Shown here: in pieces, positions 12,968 through 26,306 of the stretch
How the letters are laid out: each line of letters starts with the position of its first letter
Position numbering within the stretch: position 1 is the stretch's first letter
Origin: Amoeboaphelidium protococcarum X5
Taxonomy: Eukaryota > Fungi > Aphelidiomycota
NCBI GenBank assembly: GCA_023515725.1
Contig: JALDTO010000135.1
Coordinates: 99,413 to 163,412, forward strand
Direction of reading: 5' to 3'
Length of the DNA: 64,000 bases
Made by a program: the position numbers and the translations under genes
Notes under the pieces: model-generated
The model's input: the letters and a program-made list of their open reading frames with translations, nothing else
The model's database searches: none
What the model was told of the DNA's origin: nothing

Positions 12968-14499
12968 ATGACTCAGACGATGCTCAAGATCTGCTGTATT
13001 GGTGCTGGTTATGTAGGAGGACCAACGTAAGTTTTACCAGCTGTAGTTGTAATGTATATTGATTATATCATGATAATTATTCCGTATGTAGGTGTGCTGT
13101 GATTGCTTTAAATTGCCCTGATATCTAAGTGACCATTTGCGATATTTCTGAAGCCAGAATCGACGCCTGGAATTCTGATAATCTGCCCATCTATGAACCT
13201 GGACTGGATGAGATTGTGTTTCAGTGCCGTGGAAAGAATCTCTTCTTTACCAGCAATGTCGACCAGGCTATTCAGGATGCAGACTTGATTTTCGTCAGTG
13301 TCAATACTCCGACAAAGAAGGCTGGTTATGGTGGTGGAATGGCTGCCGATCTGAAGTACATTGAGTCTGCTACCAGACGCATCGCTGAGGTGAGTAAAAC
13401 TAGCAAGATTGTGATTGAAAAGTCAACGGTCCCTTGCCGCACTGCAGAGTCAATGCGTGCAATTCTAGATGCCAACTGCAAGCCTGGTATTCGATTCGAT
13501 ATTCTGTCCAATCCAGAATTTTTGGCTGAAGGTACTGCGATTGCGGATTTATTGAAGCCTGATCGTGTGTTGATCGGTGCTCAGTAGACTGCTGAGGGAT
13601 TCGCTGCGTAGGAGAAGCTGGTTTCAGTCTATGCGCATTGGGTTCCTCGTGAACGTATAATCACTACTAATGTCTGGTCTAGTGAGCTATCTAAACTGGC
13701 TGCCAATGCTTTTCTGGCTCAGAGAATTAGTAGTATCAATGCTCTGAGTGCTGTGTGTGAGGCTACTGGAGCCAGTATTGATGAGGTTGGATATGCTATT
13801 GGTAAAGATTCTCGTATTGGTGACAAGTTTCTGAAAGCATCTGTTGGATTCGGTGGATCGTGTTTCACCAAAGATCTGCTGAATATCATATGGCTGTGCG
13901 AATCTTTGAATTTGAAGGAGGTCGCTGACTACTGGGCTCAGGTTGTTGAAATGAATGAGTGGTAAAAGCGCAGATTCTGTGAGCGCATTGTCAAGTGTCT
14001 TTTCAACACTGTGAGCAACAAGACTATTGCTCTATATGGTTTTGCATTCAAGAAGAACACTGGTGATACCCGTGAGAGTGCGTCTATTTATTTGGCCAAG
14101 TTTCTGTTGTAAGAAGGTGCTCATGTGAAAATCTACGATCCTAAGGTGAAGAGAGAACAAATTGTCATGGATCTGTCTGAGCCAAATTTGATGCCTAGTC
14201 TGGATCGTGGCAATGGATCAATGCGCAAACACGGTAGTGTATCTTCACTGAATGAGTACAAAGTGTAAGATTTAGATTCTTCTGTTAGCATATGTTCCAG
14301 TGCGTACGAAGCTGCTCAAAATGCTGATGCCGTCGTTATAGCCACTGAATGGGATGAATTCAAGGATCTGGATTACAAGAAGGTGTACTCTAGTATGAAC
14401 AAGCCAGCTTTTCTGTTCGATGGTCGCTTGATTATGAATGCTGGCAAGTTGAGAGAGCTGGGCTTTCACGTCGAAACTATCGGAGCGTCTTCCAAGTGA
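12968..14499 (+). CDS. UGDH: UDP-glucose 6-dehydrogenase; intron 13027-13091
   Basis: [54 protein letters not shown]. Confidence 0.97.
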
Positions 14500-14938
14500 C
14501 CCAACTGTCCCTGATTGAAAGAATTGATACGTACAACCCTCGCTCTCAGTGCTATCCTGCAACTCCATGATACGAATATTCCATTGGTGAATTCATTTTA
14601 ACAAGAAAATTTCATGAAATATCTTCACATTTAATTGATTGATGTTTACACCATTATCCTGAAAGTTTAAAGCATAGCTAAACTTAATTAAATGTATACT
14701 ACCAGGAGCGAAAAATTGACATGCTTATAGTTGCGAAATCCATTGTTCGAGCATATCATCAACCCAATCGCAGTGAAGAATGTGTGACTGATCGTCCGTC
14801 TGATTCACTTCCAAATCGAGTCTTTTCGAATCACGCTGTGTGTCGCTGATTAATACTCTTTCCACTCACAGAAATAGCGCTAAGACTATTTACTGACTAC
14901 TTGTCTTCTATCTTAAAGCACCATATTAATATAGAATC

Positions 14939-15988
14939 ATGTCACAGTCCAAGAACGAGTTTAAAGTCAAGCTATTCCACCAAGGTCCGTCGTTTTACAG
15001 CAGAGCGGTGAGATTGGCGTTATCTGAGTGTGATATCAACTATGAAGGCGTCGAAGTGAACATGAACAATGGTATAACACTGCAAGGCAATGAGCTGCTA
15101 AAGTTTAATCCTAAATTTACTGTTCCCACTCTGGTTGTATTTAAAAGTGATGGCGCTAATGGAAAGAATGGTTCAACTCCAGCGTAGCGCAATCAAGAGC
15201 CAGTTGCAGTTCTGGGCAACACTTTAAGTATTCTGGAATGGATCGCACAACAACGTCAAGGCCACCCGTGGTTCGGTAGTCCTGAGGTGAAAAATGCTCA
15301 CTAGCAATTTCTTAAGGACATTATTGAATTTCCTCTGGATGTCTTCACTTATGCTAGGATGAACAAAATGTCAGTGGTCACCCGTGAAATGGTCAAGTCT
15401 CAGTTAGAGGATCGAATGCAAGAGTGTGATAGACAGCTGGCCATTGCTCAAAAGGTTGGTGATGCAACTGGTGCTAGTTTATGGAAAGATAAGTTGAAGA
15501 AGAATGCTCTACTCCTTGACGCCATGAGTGATTAAAAGTAGGCCATGGAGTTGGATCAGCGCGTCAGAGCCGTGGTTGATGCAATTGAAGGACAGCTGAG
15601 TGACAATACTGGCCATAATCAGCATTATCTGTTTGGAAGTCAACTCACCATGTCCGATCTGGCCGCCATCTCTTCCCTGTATAGATTGGAAGAGTTGGGA
15701 TGTACAGATTTCTGGATTGGTAGAAATCAGTTAACGCATAGTTATTTGAAGCAGTTCAAGAAGAGGGAGTCTTTCAAGTACGCCGTCCTGCCATATCCAT
15801 TCAGTTTTAGTTCGTATTCTATAGCCAAGACGTATCTGACTACCGGCTGGACTGGAGTTGTTGTATGGAGTAGTATCATCCTGGTATCAAGCATGGTTCT
15901 TCACAAGTACGGAGGATCTGTATACAGACTCGCTGTCTCGTTCCTCAATCGTCATCATCCTCGCTTAAATATATTGACCAAGAAATGA
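14939..15988 (+). CDS. GDAP1-like glutathione S-transferase with C-terminal transmembrane anchor, 349 aa
   Basis: GST-N (LFHQGPSFYSRAVRLAL..NPKFTVPTL), long helical insert, GST-C (YLFGSQLTMSDLAAISSLYRL..KRESF), hydrophobic tail followed by basic residues. Confidence 0.75.
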
Positions 15989-16269
15989 AATTAGCCCGTA
16001 TAAAGCCCGCTTATTATAGCTCTCTATCGTATATTCCATTATTATTACTGAGCCCATCTTTATTTTAGCAGGCAGAAATAAGCAGATTTGCAGTCAGAGT
16101 ACTTATATAAGGGCCGTGAATGTCCGTACAGAGGGACTTTCGTTGTTGATCGCTGAAACAGAAATTGCTTTTCGCGTTTCTCTTCAAAAACCGAAGCCCT
16201 TTGTCCTTCTTTCTTTAATCATACGTAATATACTTGAGTTATTATTTAAAAGCGTGTAATTAGATAGAA

Positions 16270-18498
16270 ATGAGTGGTGATTTATGCCCAATTTGCACTG
16301 AAGATATTTAGATTTACTCTTTTGGAGAGTGTAATCATGAAGTGTGTCATTTGTGCTCTCTTAGATTGCGTGCTCTTTATAAGAACAACTAGTGTGCACT
16401 TTGCAAGACTGAGATATCGGCCTTGATTTACACGCGGACCAGTAATGAAGAGAAGTAATTTAGTGGATATAAATTGGACACTCTTATTAGGGATTAAAAG
16501 TTGGGCGTCTGTTTTGAGAACGAAGATATACGTGATGAGATTCTACTCCTGCTCCACTTCAACTGCCCGGCTGTGGATTGTGCCGTCACCGATGCTAATG
16601 GTTGGTTGGATCTGATGCAGCACTGCAAGAGACATCATGGATAGTCCTTATGTGAGATTTGTGTGAGGAATAAGAAGGTATTTGCTCATGAGCACACTCT
16701 CTATTCACCCAGAGATTTATAGAATCATTTGAGAGATACCCATCCATTTTGCAAGTTCTGCTAGAAGTACTTTTACTCCTCTGACGAACTGTATGAGCAC
16801 TGTCGCAGTAGACATGAGTAGTGTCATATTTGTAAGAAGCGCGGTATAATGCACGAGTATTTCCGTGATTACGATGAGCTTGAGAAGCATTTTGGCACTG
16901 AGCACTATTTGTGTAAATAAAAGTTTTGCCTAGAGTAGAAGTTTGTGGTGTTTGAGAGTGAGTTCGATCTACGTGCACACTTTGCCGAGTGTCATGCAAC
17001 TTCAAAGAGTGAGGCTAAAAGAGTTTTGAAGTTGGAGTTGGATTATCAGTATGCTGGAGATTATTAATAATAGTCATCCTAGTCTTATTCTAGTTCTGGT
17101 AGAGATGAACGCGGAAGATCAGCTGGTGGCCCGAGAGCTTTTAATGCTGCGCAAGCGTTACAATTTTAGCATTAGAGTCAGTAGCAGAATTTGCCTAGAA
17201 ATGCACCAACGTCTTTTGGTGGATAGCTTTCTACAGCTGCGCCATCTTCAAAGCGGAATGGAGACGGCAATTCTAGTCGGAATGGCAGTGCCGAGAATTT
17301 ATCCGAGAAGTAGAGGTAATCGCCATCATTAGGTGTAAAAAAGTTGTGGGATGAAGAACTTTTGGAGCCCAGTTTTAGACGTTTAGTATAGAGTTCTAAA
17401 ATCAAATAGTAAGAGGAATCGGTAGTACCATAGATTGTGGAAATGCTGGGCAATGATCCTCATTAGTGGTAGCTGTTTAAAAGCAATTGTATCAATTATC
17501 TGAAAGGTGTCGTGTTGCCTGATAAGATTTATTCTTAACTAGAGACAGCTGCAGCTGCTAGATCCAAAAGTGGCGATGCAAAGGTGGAAGATAAAGTTGT
17601 GGTTTTGTTCAAGAAGGTTATCTTATTGTTTCCGGAACATGCAAGGCTTAGAGCGGAATTGCAGAGTTTGTATAATGACAAACGCTCCAAGCTGAATTAA
17701 GCCGATTCTGATCTTAGAACTGGCAATAAACGCGCGGTTAATGGAGATGATAACAATTTGGTGTAAACTATGCAAGATCTTGGATTGAACGCCATACAGA
17801 GAGCCAAGATTTTGAGCATTAAGAGCTCTCATGCCGGGTCAGCTTCTTCTGGTAAAGGCAGAAATAAGTAAAGTTCAGCTGCAACTTCAGTCTGGGGAAA
17901 GAAATAACCTTCTGCCACGAACAACATTTCTCCTGCTAGATTCAATCCTGATGGGACAGAGAAGAGGGATTCAATTGGAACCAAAGTTAGAATAGCTATC
18001 CCTCTTACTAATAAACCTGTTGCTAATAGTTCAAAGTAATCTTCGGCATCTGCTAGTAATGGAAATAGAGTTGATCGAGCATCGTCTCCACCCATGTCCG
18101 CTCGGTTACAGCAGAGCCAAAAGTTTACTGCTGATGCATTCCCTGCACTTGGCTCTAATGGCAGTAGTAGTTATAACAATAATACCAAACAGTCTTCATC
18201 GTCTAGTATCTCATCGGTGGCATATTCTACACCCGCGTCAAAGAAGTCTTCAGCCAAATAATCAACTTCTGATTTCCCTGATCTACCTGCAGCTCCACCG
18301 AAAAAGAATAGATTTCCTGTGAAGTCTAATAAATCACAATCATAGAACGCTTGGGATGGATCTGCAGCATCTCGACTAAATGGTGAGCAGACGATGCTAA
18401 CTCAAACTGAGATTATCGAGCGGTAGATTGAACAACTTTAGAATAGTGAAGATGGTAGTGGTAAAAAGAAAAAGAAGGTTCTCATGAAGTATGGCTGA
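16270..18498 (+). CDS. ZNF598: RING/C2H2 E3 ligase of ribosome quality control (Hel2/ZNF598), 742 aa
   Basis: CPICTEDIQIYSFGECNHEVCHLCSLRLRALYKNNQCALCK; HPFCKFC..DELYEHCRSRHE; DFPDLP motifs; end KKKKKVLMKYG*. Confidence 0.92.
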
Positions 18499-18595
18499 TT
18501 AACTTGATTCTGTAAGTGCTAACACGACTATTGACTTCTTAGAAATACAATAATAAAACTTTAGTTCTTTTAAATGCTTTATAATACAGAAATTT

Positions 18596-20224
18596 TCATA
18601 AATTTACGATAGATGAACTTCCTTGTGGTTCGTAGAGCCAGCCTTTGCATTTAAAGAAATCAAAGACGCGTCCAATCTTATTGACATCAATACGCAGGAT
18701 ATCCTAAGCGTCAGCGAGTCTAAGACCACTTCTCCGTTCACATTCACGAAGTAGATTATGCTTAATCACCATGTAGTCCTTAGGTGAGATACGTAATTGC
18801 TCACATAACTCCTGCTCGCTGACAGTCAAAAGCTCATAACCATCAAGTTTAGTGACGCTAAATGGAGAACTTGAAGATTACGGTTTAGATAGAGACTTGC
18901 CAGAACTTTTACCACCACCACCGCCGCCTGCCTTCTAATCATTTGGATAAGATCCAACATTCTGAGATTTCGAGCCAAACTGACCGCTTGCTAATTATAG
19001 TGGCGTATCAATATCCATCATTGCGCCAAATTACTAGGGAGGCTCCATCGACGTCCTAATACTCAGGCGACTATTATTATTCTTTAATCCACCAGAATTC
19101 ATGCCTTTAGATTAAAGAGATGCCGCACCTGGCAAGATTCCAATAGATGAAGACCTCGATCTATGTTTCTTCTCAACTTCATACTAATCGGCATCTTGAA
19201 ATGTCCTGATACCCATTTTTCTATAGTCTTACAGCACCGCGATCCTCTCTCTTAACTGCTGTTCAATCAAAAGTCCTTTATTCAAAGACTGATAATCAGA
19301 TAGACTCATCATAGGTGCAAATAGCTTAGTCCTTCCACTAATCTCCTTCTACTCTTTAGACTTCTTTTTCTCAGCAGCCTGATGTGCTTTAAATTATAAA
19401 AGACCATGATTAAATATGAAAGCCTTCCGGTCCACCCTCTTCTCAATCCTGCTATTGTAAATGTCCAATATCGCCAGCTTCAGTTCAACTTCCACAGTCA
19501 TATCATCGTCATTGAACACCATATCCTTCATAATCTATTCGGCGTCATTCTCTGGCTCCACGTCAAACTCTCGCCGCCCAGCCATATAACCTTGAATCTC
19601 ATGATTAGCCGGCTGACTAGGTGCAACCTTTGGCTTCATAGGAGGGATGACATTTATCTGCTATTTACGCACCTGCTCAGCAATAGAATTCATCCGCTAC
19701 TTATGGATGGCATCAACGCGCTTCTAATTTAATTCAATATCGAAATTAGGCAGCGGATATCTACTAGATTTGATGTAGAATTTGAGATAATGATCACGGC
19801 ACTGTTCAAGACTTTTAGTGCCAACATGATCAGCAATATCCGCCCAATTACCAAGACCATACTAAATGATACCTTCCACGAGCAACCACTCCTCATCGGC
19901 ACCCCATTAGGCATCCAGGACCGGGTAAGAGTAGCGATCAAATAGTCGATAGTTATGATGCTTCTTATGATCTCCAATCTCGACTCCTCTCCTAAAGCAA
20001 TCCACACATAAATCAAAATCTACCAATGTACACTCGCCGCACTTCACCCGCACCGTATTAGTAATATCCCTCTTACAAGAGTCACAATGATACTTGATAC
20101 CACCCAGCTCGGCTACACATATCTATAACAATTGATTGGAATACCGGGTATTGGCAATGATGGCATATATAAAAGACTTACGCTTGTCAATATTGTACTT
20201 TCGCTTCTAGTGCGTCACTGTCAT
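18596..20224 (-). CDS. ADA2: Transcriptional adaptor Ada2 (ZZ, SANT, SWIRM); probable intron 20181-20113
   Basis: MTVTHQKRK; [22 protein letters not shown]; [17 protein letters not shown]; [18 protein letters not shown]; [14 protein letters not shown]. Confidence 0.95.
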
Positions 20225-20496
20225 TTCTTTAATCTAATAGCGTAAGGCGTATTTTCTATGAAGATTACAGTGCTATCAATATTCTGAAGCAACGCGTGCG
20301 AAGATGAAGAAGAAGAAGAAGCGCTCTCTTCGTAAAACGTGAGGAAAGTTCAATAGGGGCCACACGCTGAGCTCTTCCTTTAACAGGCAAATTCTCATAA
20401 TCTTTGCCTCTCTTCAGCTATAAATTTTATTAAGCAAGAGTCGCTCTCTTTTACTTAAATCTTAATTAAAGAATTTTTTAAATTATTACTGTATAT

Positions 20497-21539
20497 ATGG
20501 AAGAATCTGCTTAGTAAAAGAAGCGAAAGTCTGTGGGAGCACCAAGAGGTAGAAAGTCATCCATCCCACCACCAGTGTCGAGTTCATTATTAAGAAAGTC
20601 GCAGAATATAAAAAAGATAATCTATGGCTCATTCTCTTAAAAGATTGATTCATCAAAGAATATATAGTCTCATGATAATAATAAAGATGTAAAGTAGAAG
20701 AATATTGTGCTGAAATCAGACGTTCCTGAAGGTCATACTCACAAGTGGAAGTTGTTTATACAGCCGCATGAAGATGACGACCATTTTGGATACATATCCC
20801 ATGTCACATTCCATCTGCATCCATCATTCAATTAGCCCAAGCGCGTCATTACTAATCCTCCCTTTGAAGTTATTGAATCTGGATGGGTAAGACTATTATA
20901 GATGCTTTTAGGTATCTGACCTCTAACATTGTATCATCATGATTACTACTTTATATGTAGGGAGAGTTTGAATCTATTATAGAGTTGCACTTCAAAGACA
21001 AGAGGCTGAAGAGTGTAAAGTTGCCGCATATGTTAAAGTTGTACCAGTTTGATCAGCAGACAGGGAAGTAGTTGGCGGTAACAGCGATGGATGGTAGCAC
21101 GTAAGAGGAATAGAATAGTACAGATCTTGAATAATAATAATAATAATAGGAATAATCCACAGATGTTCTGTATGAGCGATACGAAGAATTGGTGTTTGTT
21201 GACCCACCTGAAGAATCGGAGCATTAACAGTAGAAAGACGGTGGTGGTTATAAAGATATAAAGCGATTAAAGTGTATTCAGTCAGAGATTAATGAACAAA
21301 CTGAGGATACTGAATAAGTATAGCTGAATCGGGCGTTGGAGAAGGTGAAGGAACAGGTGAAGGAATGGACTCAGCGAAGGGATGATCTACTTGAGCAAGT
21401 CACGTTGTAGAATAGTTCGCAGTAAAAGGGAAATTTACTCTCTAGATCCACGTCTAATAATAATGCTTTAGGAGGTAGCAGCGATACTCTACAAAAACGC
21501 GTAGTTCGTACCGATATAACTGACGTTGTTGACTTGTGA
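20497..21539 (+). CDS. YAF9: YEATS-domain protein (Yaf9/GAS41 type); intron 20887-20960
   Basis: [50 protein letters not shown]; C-terminal coiled coil. Confidence 0.85.
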
Positions 21540-21622
21540 ATAAACTGTAATATTCTATTGAATTCACTCGTCCTTTTAAATGTGTCGAACAATAAGCATT
21601 ACTCCAAATGTTTATACAAAAT

Positions 21623-22822
21623 TCACAATAACTTTTTAATCTGTGTAGAAATGCCAGAGACACGGGCTTGAGTTCTATCGACGCCAGCATCGAGTTCATC
21701 AATCATGGCCTTTTGAACGTCTAATTCATCTGATATAGCAATACCAACCTGCTTTTACCGTCTGATGGATTAAAGCAAGACATCCAACTACTAATCTTAA
21801 CTAGCGATCACTTGCACGCTATGATCCTACAATTCTCTATTGTCCATCCTTTCAATTTCCGCGGCGCTTTTCCCGAATATCCGAACAGAAGATGGAGCAT
21901 AAGATGATGATACGTCGAGTAATTCTCGCCTTTCAGCACTTTAATCTCCAGTAGATGAATTATTGACTAGAGACTTGATATGAGATACTTATTCCAGGAG
22001 AGAATCTTTCTATCGACTCAAGTTCTAAATCACGTCCAATCGCCGTATAACTTCTTTATCAGAGAGTTTCTACTGCTCAATATATGTAACATCCTGGAGG
22101 TGATAATCAATCTACTTTAATCTGTGTCCAATACTAAGTAGATTTTTTCTGCCGTCATTAAGCTACTTTGAGATCATGGAAGATTACAGATCGCCGCTTT
22201 AACTATTATTCAACTATGGAATATAAGACCTGATGGACATGGGGAGAGATGAAGCGACACCTTGAGTATTCTCTTACTTGTCAACAACTTATCGCTCTAA
22301 TGAAGCCAGTGTCTTTTAAATGTCACTCAATGCATCTGCGAAATCGTCCATATCATCTTTGTAATTATCACCAGTCGCATCCACCTTTCGCTTAAGACTA
22401 GAAGAAGTGGATTACTAGATGCCATTAGATTCATTCTGATTAAGTCCAATAAAATCTTTCCACCTTTCGCTGTCGCGCCACCGTATCGCAATTGGATCAT
22501 CCTTATTAAGAGCAATGTACTAGAGCCAGGCATCCAAGCAGACGCGCCGCCTTTCTAATTGATCACGACTCTTTTGGTTCAATCTATTGCTAGTGCCAGA
22601 AAATGGGGACAATATCGATGACTTGGGTGGTAGAGACGCATTAGATAATGGTCCGCAATCAGCAGATAATGCTCGTGCCAGCTGATCAAACTCGCTGTAT
22701 CGATGCCAGACAACCCATAGTTTAGTCTCTGTAATAACCTCAATCTGGTAAGATATATATGGTTTATTCTTTTGATCCACCCTTTATTCAAATGATTTCA
22801 CTTTTAATCTTTTAATGGTCAT
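21623..22822 (-). CDS. VAM7: PX-domain Qc-SNARE (Vam7-like), 399 aa
   Basis: PX motif WVVWHRYSEFDQL..LPPK..LERRRVCLDAWL; C-terminal SNARE coiled coil QDQQLDVLL..IAISDELDVQ with no TM. Confidence 0.85.
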
Positions 22823-23187
22823 TTTCTGCACGTGATTGGATGATAATAGAGAAAGGGAAGAGAAGAGTTTCATGTCAGCATTACTGTAAAGGGGCAAATG
22901 ATCAATGGAAAGCGATGATTCGGCCAGTGGTAGTCGGTGTTTCATTTTATATACATTCATTTTTTTACTGACTTCAAATGTAGTCTTATCGCTTGAGGTC
23001 AGATACTCAATGATTTTGATGCTGGAATTGAAAGGACCTTACGTGTATAACAAGAAAATGCAAATACAGAAACTGCATTCATGCTAAATCATCTTTACGC
23101 GTTATAAAAACATTATATATTATATTAAACATTTATCAAGTGATATTTAAACTTCCACCATGTACATTAATTCATATAAGTAAAGCA

Positions 23188-26010
23188 TCAAGGCTTCTTG
23201 TTGCCATTGTTCAGAGTGCTTGGGACAGAGAATCGCTTCATCAGAGGAGGTGGAGGTTGCAGTGCAGAGCTGAAGGCCGTGATAGGACTTGGTTCACCGT
23301 ACACATCGCCGACGTTGTCAGGACCGTGAGATGACGATCTGTTACCAGACTATGAGATATCAGTCAACTTCTTAGCTTTGGGAATCTTCATAGATGTAAT
23401 ATCGTCCTGCTGTAAGTTTCTCTGAGCATTGTACGCGGCATCGTTGCTCATTGGAGTCCCACTGACAATGACATCGGCCAGAGTGGGATGCATCTGATGA
23501 GTGACAGTTTGAGCGGGTAGTTCATAATCAATACCCAAATTCTGACAGGCTCTCTTGATTCTGAGTATCAGTCTACCATGCCTTTCCCTATAACGCCTGA
23601 CATTCTGAAAGTTGGAACGATGTTGAACCCACAGTCTCATGAGCAAGCGGTTAGTATTCTCCACCTCGCGGTATTCAATCTCAAACTTTTTGTAGAAATG
23701 GGAAGGATTCTTATCCAGGTAAGCACCAATCTTGGACTCAAATTGACGCAGTACTGACGTAGGTGTAGTGATGGCCACTTGAATCTTGATGACATCGAAC
23801 TGATCAGGAGATCTTCTCAAATTACAGATTGGTAATTGCGACAACACAGCGTTGGAAAAGAAGACGATGGTATTGTCAAATCGTCTGAACTGGCAGGTGA
23901 GCAGAGACATTTTAACAACGGTGAAGGTGACATCGTTAATCACCACTCGGTCACCAATGTCGAAAGGATGAGTGACAAAGAGAAACACAATACTATCCAG
24001 TAGCACTTTTGCAGAATTACCAATAGCAAAGGCACTGGCCAGCAAGAACGATGAGACAGTGGTAAGAACCGTCTGTGGATTACTTCCAAATATTATGAAA
24101 TATACAATGAGAAGGACTAGCATCAGAAAACCGGTTATCGCATTGTCCAGCTTGCTTATGGCAGTTTCAGCGTCATTCAACGCAGAACGTAAAGCTGTTC
24201 TCTCGCGACAGATTTTGTGCAAAGTACTGATAAAGTCGCGTTCAGTCAGCTCATTATTCCAATTACCATCAAACTGCTGGAATGCATTCTGAGCCACCTC
24301 TGGATTTAGCATTCGGTAGAAATCTGCCAGGATTACCACATGAGCCTTCTCTGGTAGTAGTCTTCCGTACAGCATCTTGGCGACGAGTCGGGTACATTGA
24401 CCATTGGTTAGATTCTCCAGCACTCTTTCGTAATTGACAGTGCTTGTTGGCTAACCTTCGATGAATTCATCAAGTATATGGCGACCACTGTCAGTGTACT
24501 CTTTGAGTATTATCTTCTTAAAGATTCCCTCCTTCAGATTCAACTCATTACGTTTGATAAACTCAACATAGGCGGCGAGCTTAATATTCGTAAACGGAGT
24601 CTTGTCCAGCAGTTGCTCTTCCGTAATAGGAAGGCGATTGGTCACCAGATCGGCATCCTCCTTGCCACCTTTAGGCAGTTAATTAATCGCACGAGCCAGA
24701 ACTTGGGCCTCATTCTTAATAAGCGATTTAACATTATCATAAAAATTAAATCCACGCTTCTTTTCATCTGGCTTCAGTAGAGACATAATGACATACTCTG
24801 AGAGCAGCGCATTTTTGATACGCCGATAATACGCACCACGATGGAAATTGATAGCAATGAAGCGACTAAGTAGAGACTTGATCAGAAATGCAATAGAGCT
24901 GACCAGAGCACACGTGATAATAGACTCAATAATCTTTGCTTCGTACTAATACTTAGAGCCAGGTTCCTTCAAGATGGTACCAGTAAACAGGATCTGATAC
25001 GCGGTTGATACAAACACTTGAGTCAGCCATAACTTTGCCGGAGTGGACACTTTACTGATAAAGTAAAAGTATTACGTGCCCACTACTGGAGTTCTCTTGA
25101 TAATCATCATGGCCAAAAACACGGTAAAATCAGCAATAAAGTATCCAAACACCAATGAAACAATCAGAAAACACCATCTGAGTAGACTAACCTCCATAAT
25201 GTTGCAACGCTCTTCATTCAGTAAGAAGCACACTGTGCCAGGAGATAGAATCAATAAGCTGACGATTGCATACTTGAAAAACTTCCACAACCAGGATAAA
25301 ATTAACTTCTTCCATCCTTGCTCATTCAAAGTCTTTTACTTGCGGGCAAACAGCTCTCTGTTAACTTACTCATTAGACTCGGCTTGATCCAGAATTACTG
25401 ATAAAGCATCATCCTCAGAGTCTTCATCAGAATCATCTTCAGGAGCGGCAAACGAAACGCTCGGTTTCTGTTTCATATCTCGCGATTACTTTTCGCGCTC
25501 GCCACCACCAGAAGGACGACTATTGGAATTATACGCAGTATCTGTAGACTCTTGACGTGTAAATAACTTTCTCAGATTAGACTTTTTTGGCTGAGATGTA
25601 TCTTGACCTTTGCGTTAATTCGACATGTCGGATTATCTGACATTATTCTGCTTCTCAGGCTCTTATTATGACTGGTCCATTTCCTCATATGTTTCAACCA
25701 CAGACTGATAATCTACTTCCTCGTCATCTTCATCATGACAATCCGAGTGATTCAATGGAGACACGACGTGCCTGTTGTTATCCTGAAACTATGAGTATCG
25801 TTTCTTAAGAGAGGAGGTGGATGAATTTTAACCGGTAGATACATTCTGATTACCCTTCTCCTGTTACTGAGCAGCCTTTTCCACAATACCAGCATTGATA
25901 CGCGACATTTGCCGAATACGCGCCACTGTATCACTACTAATCTGATCCCCTTGCTTGGTATTGCTTGAACTTTTAATATACTATCCCTTTCTCTTACTGT
26001 GATTGTCCAT
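23188..26010 (-). CDS. MscS-like mechanosensitive channel with EF-hand (Msy1/Msy2 type), 940 aa
   Basis: FQQFDGNWNNELTERDF; DSIVFLFVTHPFDIGDRV; NLRRSP; multiple TM segments; single frame with TAR=Gln. Confidence 0.92.
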
Positions 26011-26306
26011 ATTTAAAATGAGAGAATAACAGTTGCAGATATTATGACTTAATGAGCGGATTAAACGGAATGCAGAGTGGTAGAAGGTTGAAATTAACCT
26101 TGGATATTTGTGAAACGCGATCGAATCTGATTTGAAACGGTCTGATTGGACGATGGAAATGGATTAGCTGCATTTCTTTCAACTCATGTGTGATTTGATT
26201 ACATTACAATTGTTTCATTGTGATTTTCTTGCTCATATCTTTATATCTTAACAGAAATACTCTTCACACATTCGAAACAGTCAAAACGTTCGATCTCGTT
26301 TAAAAA

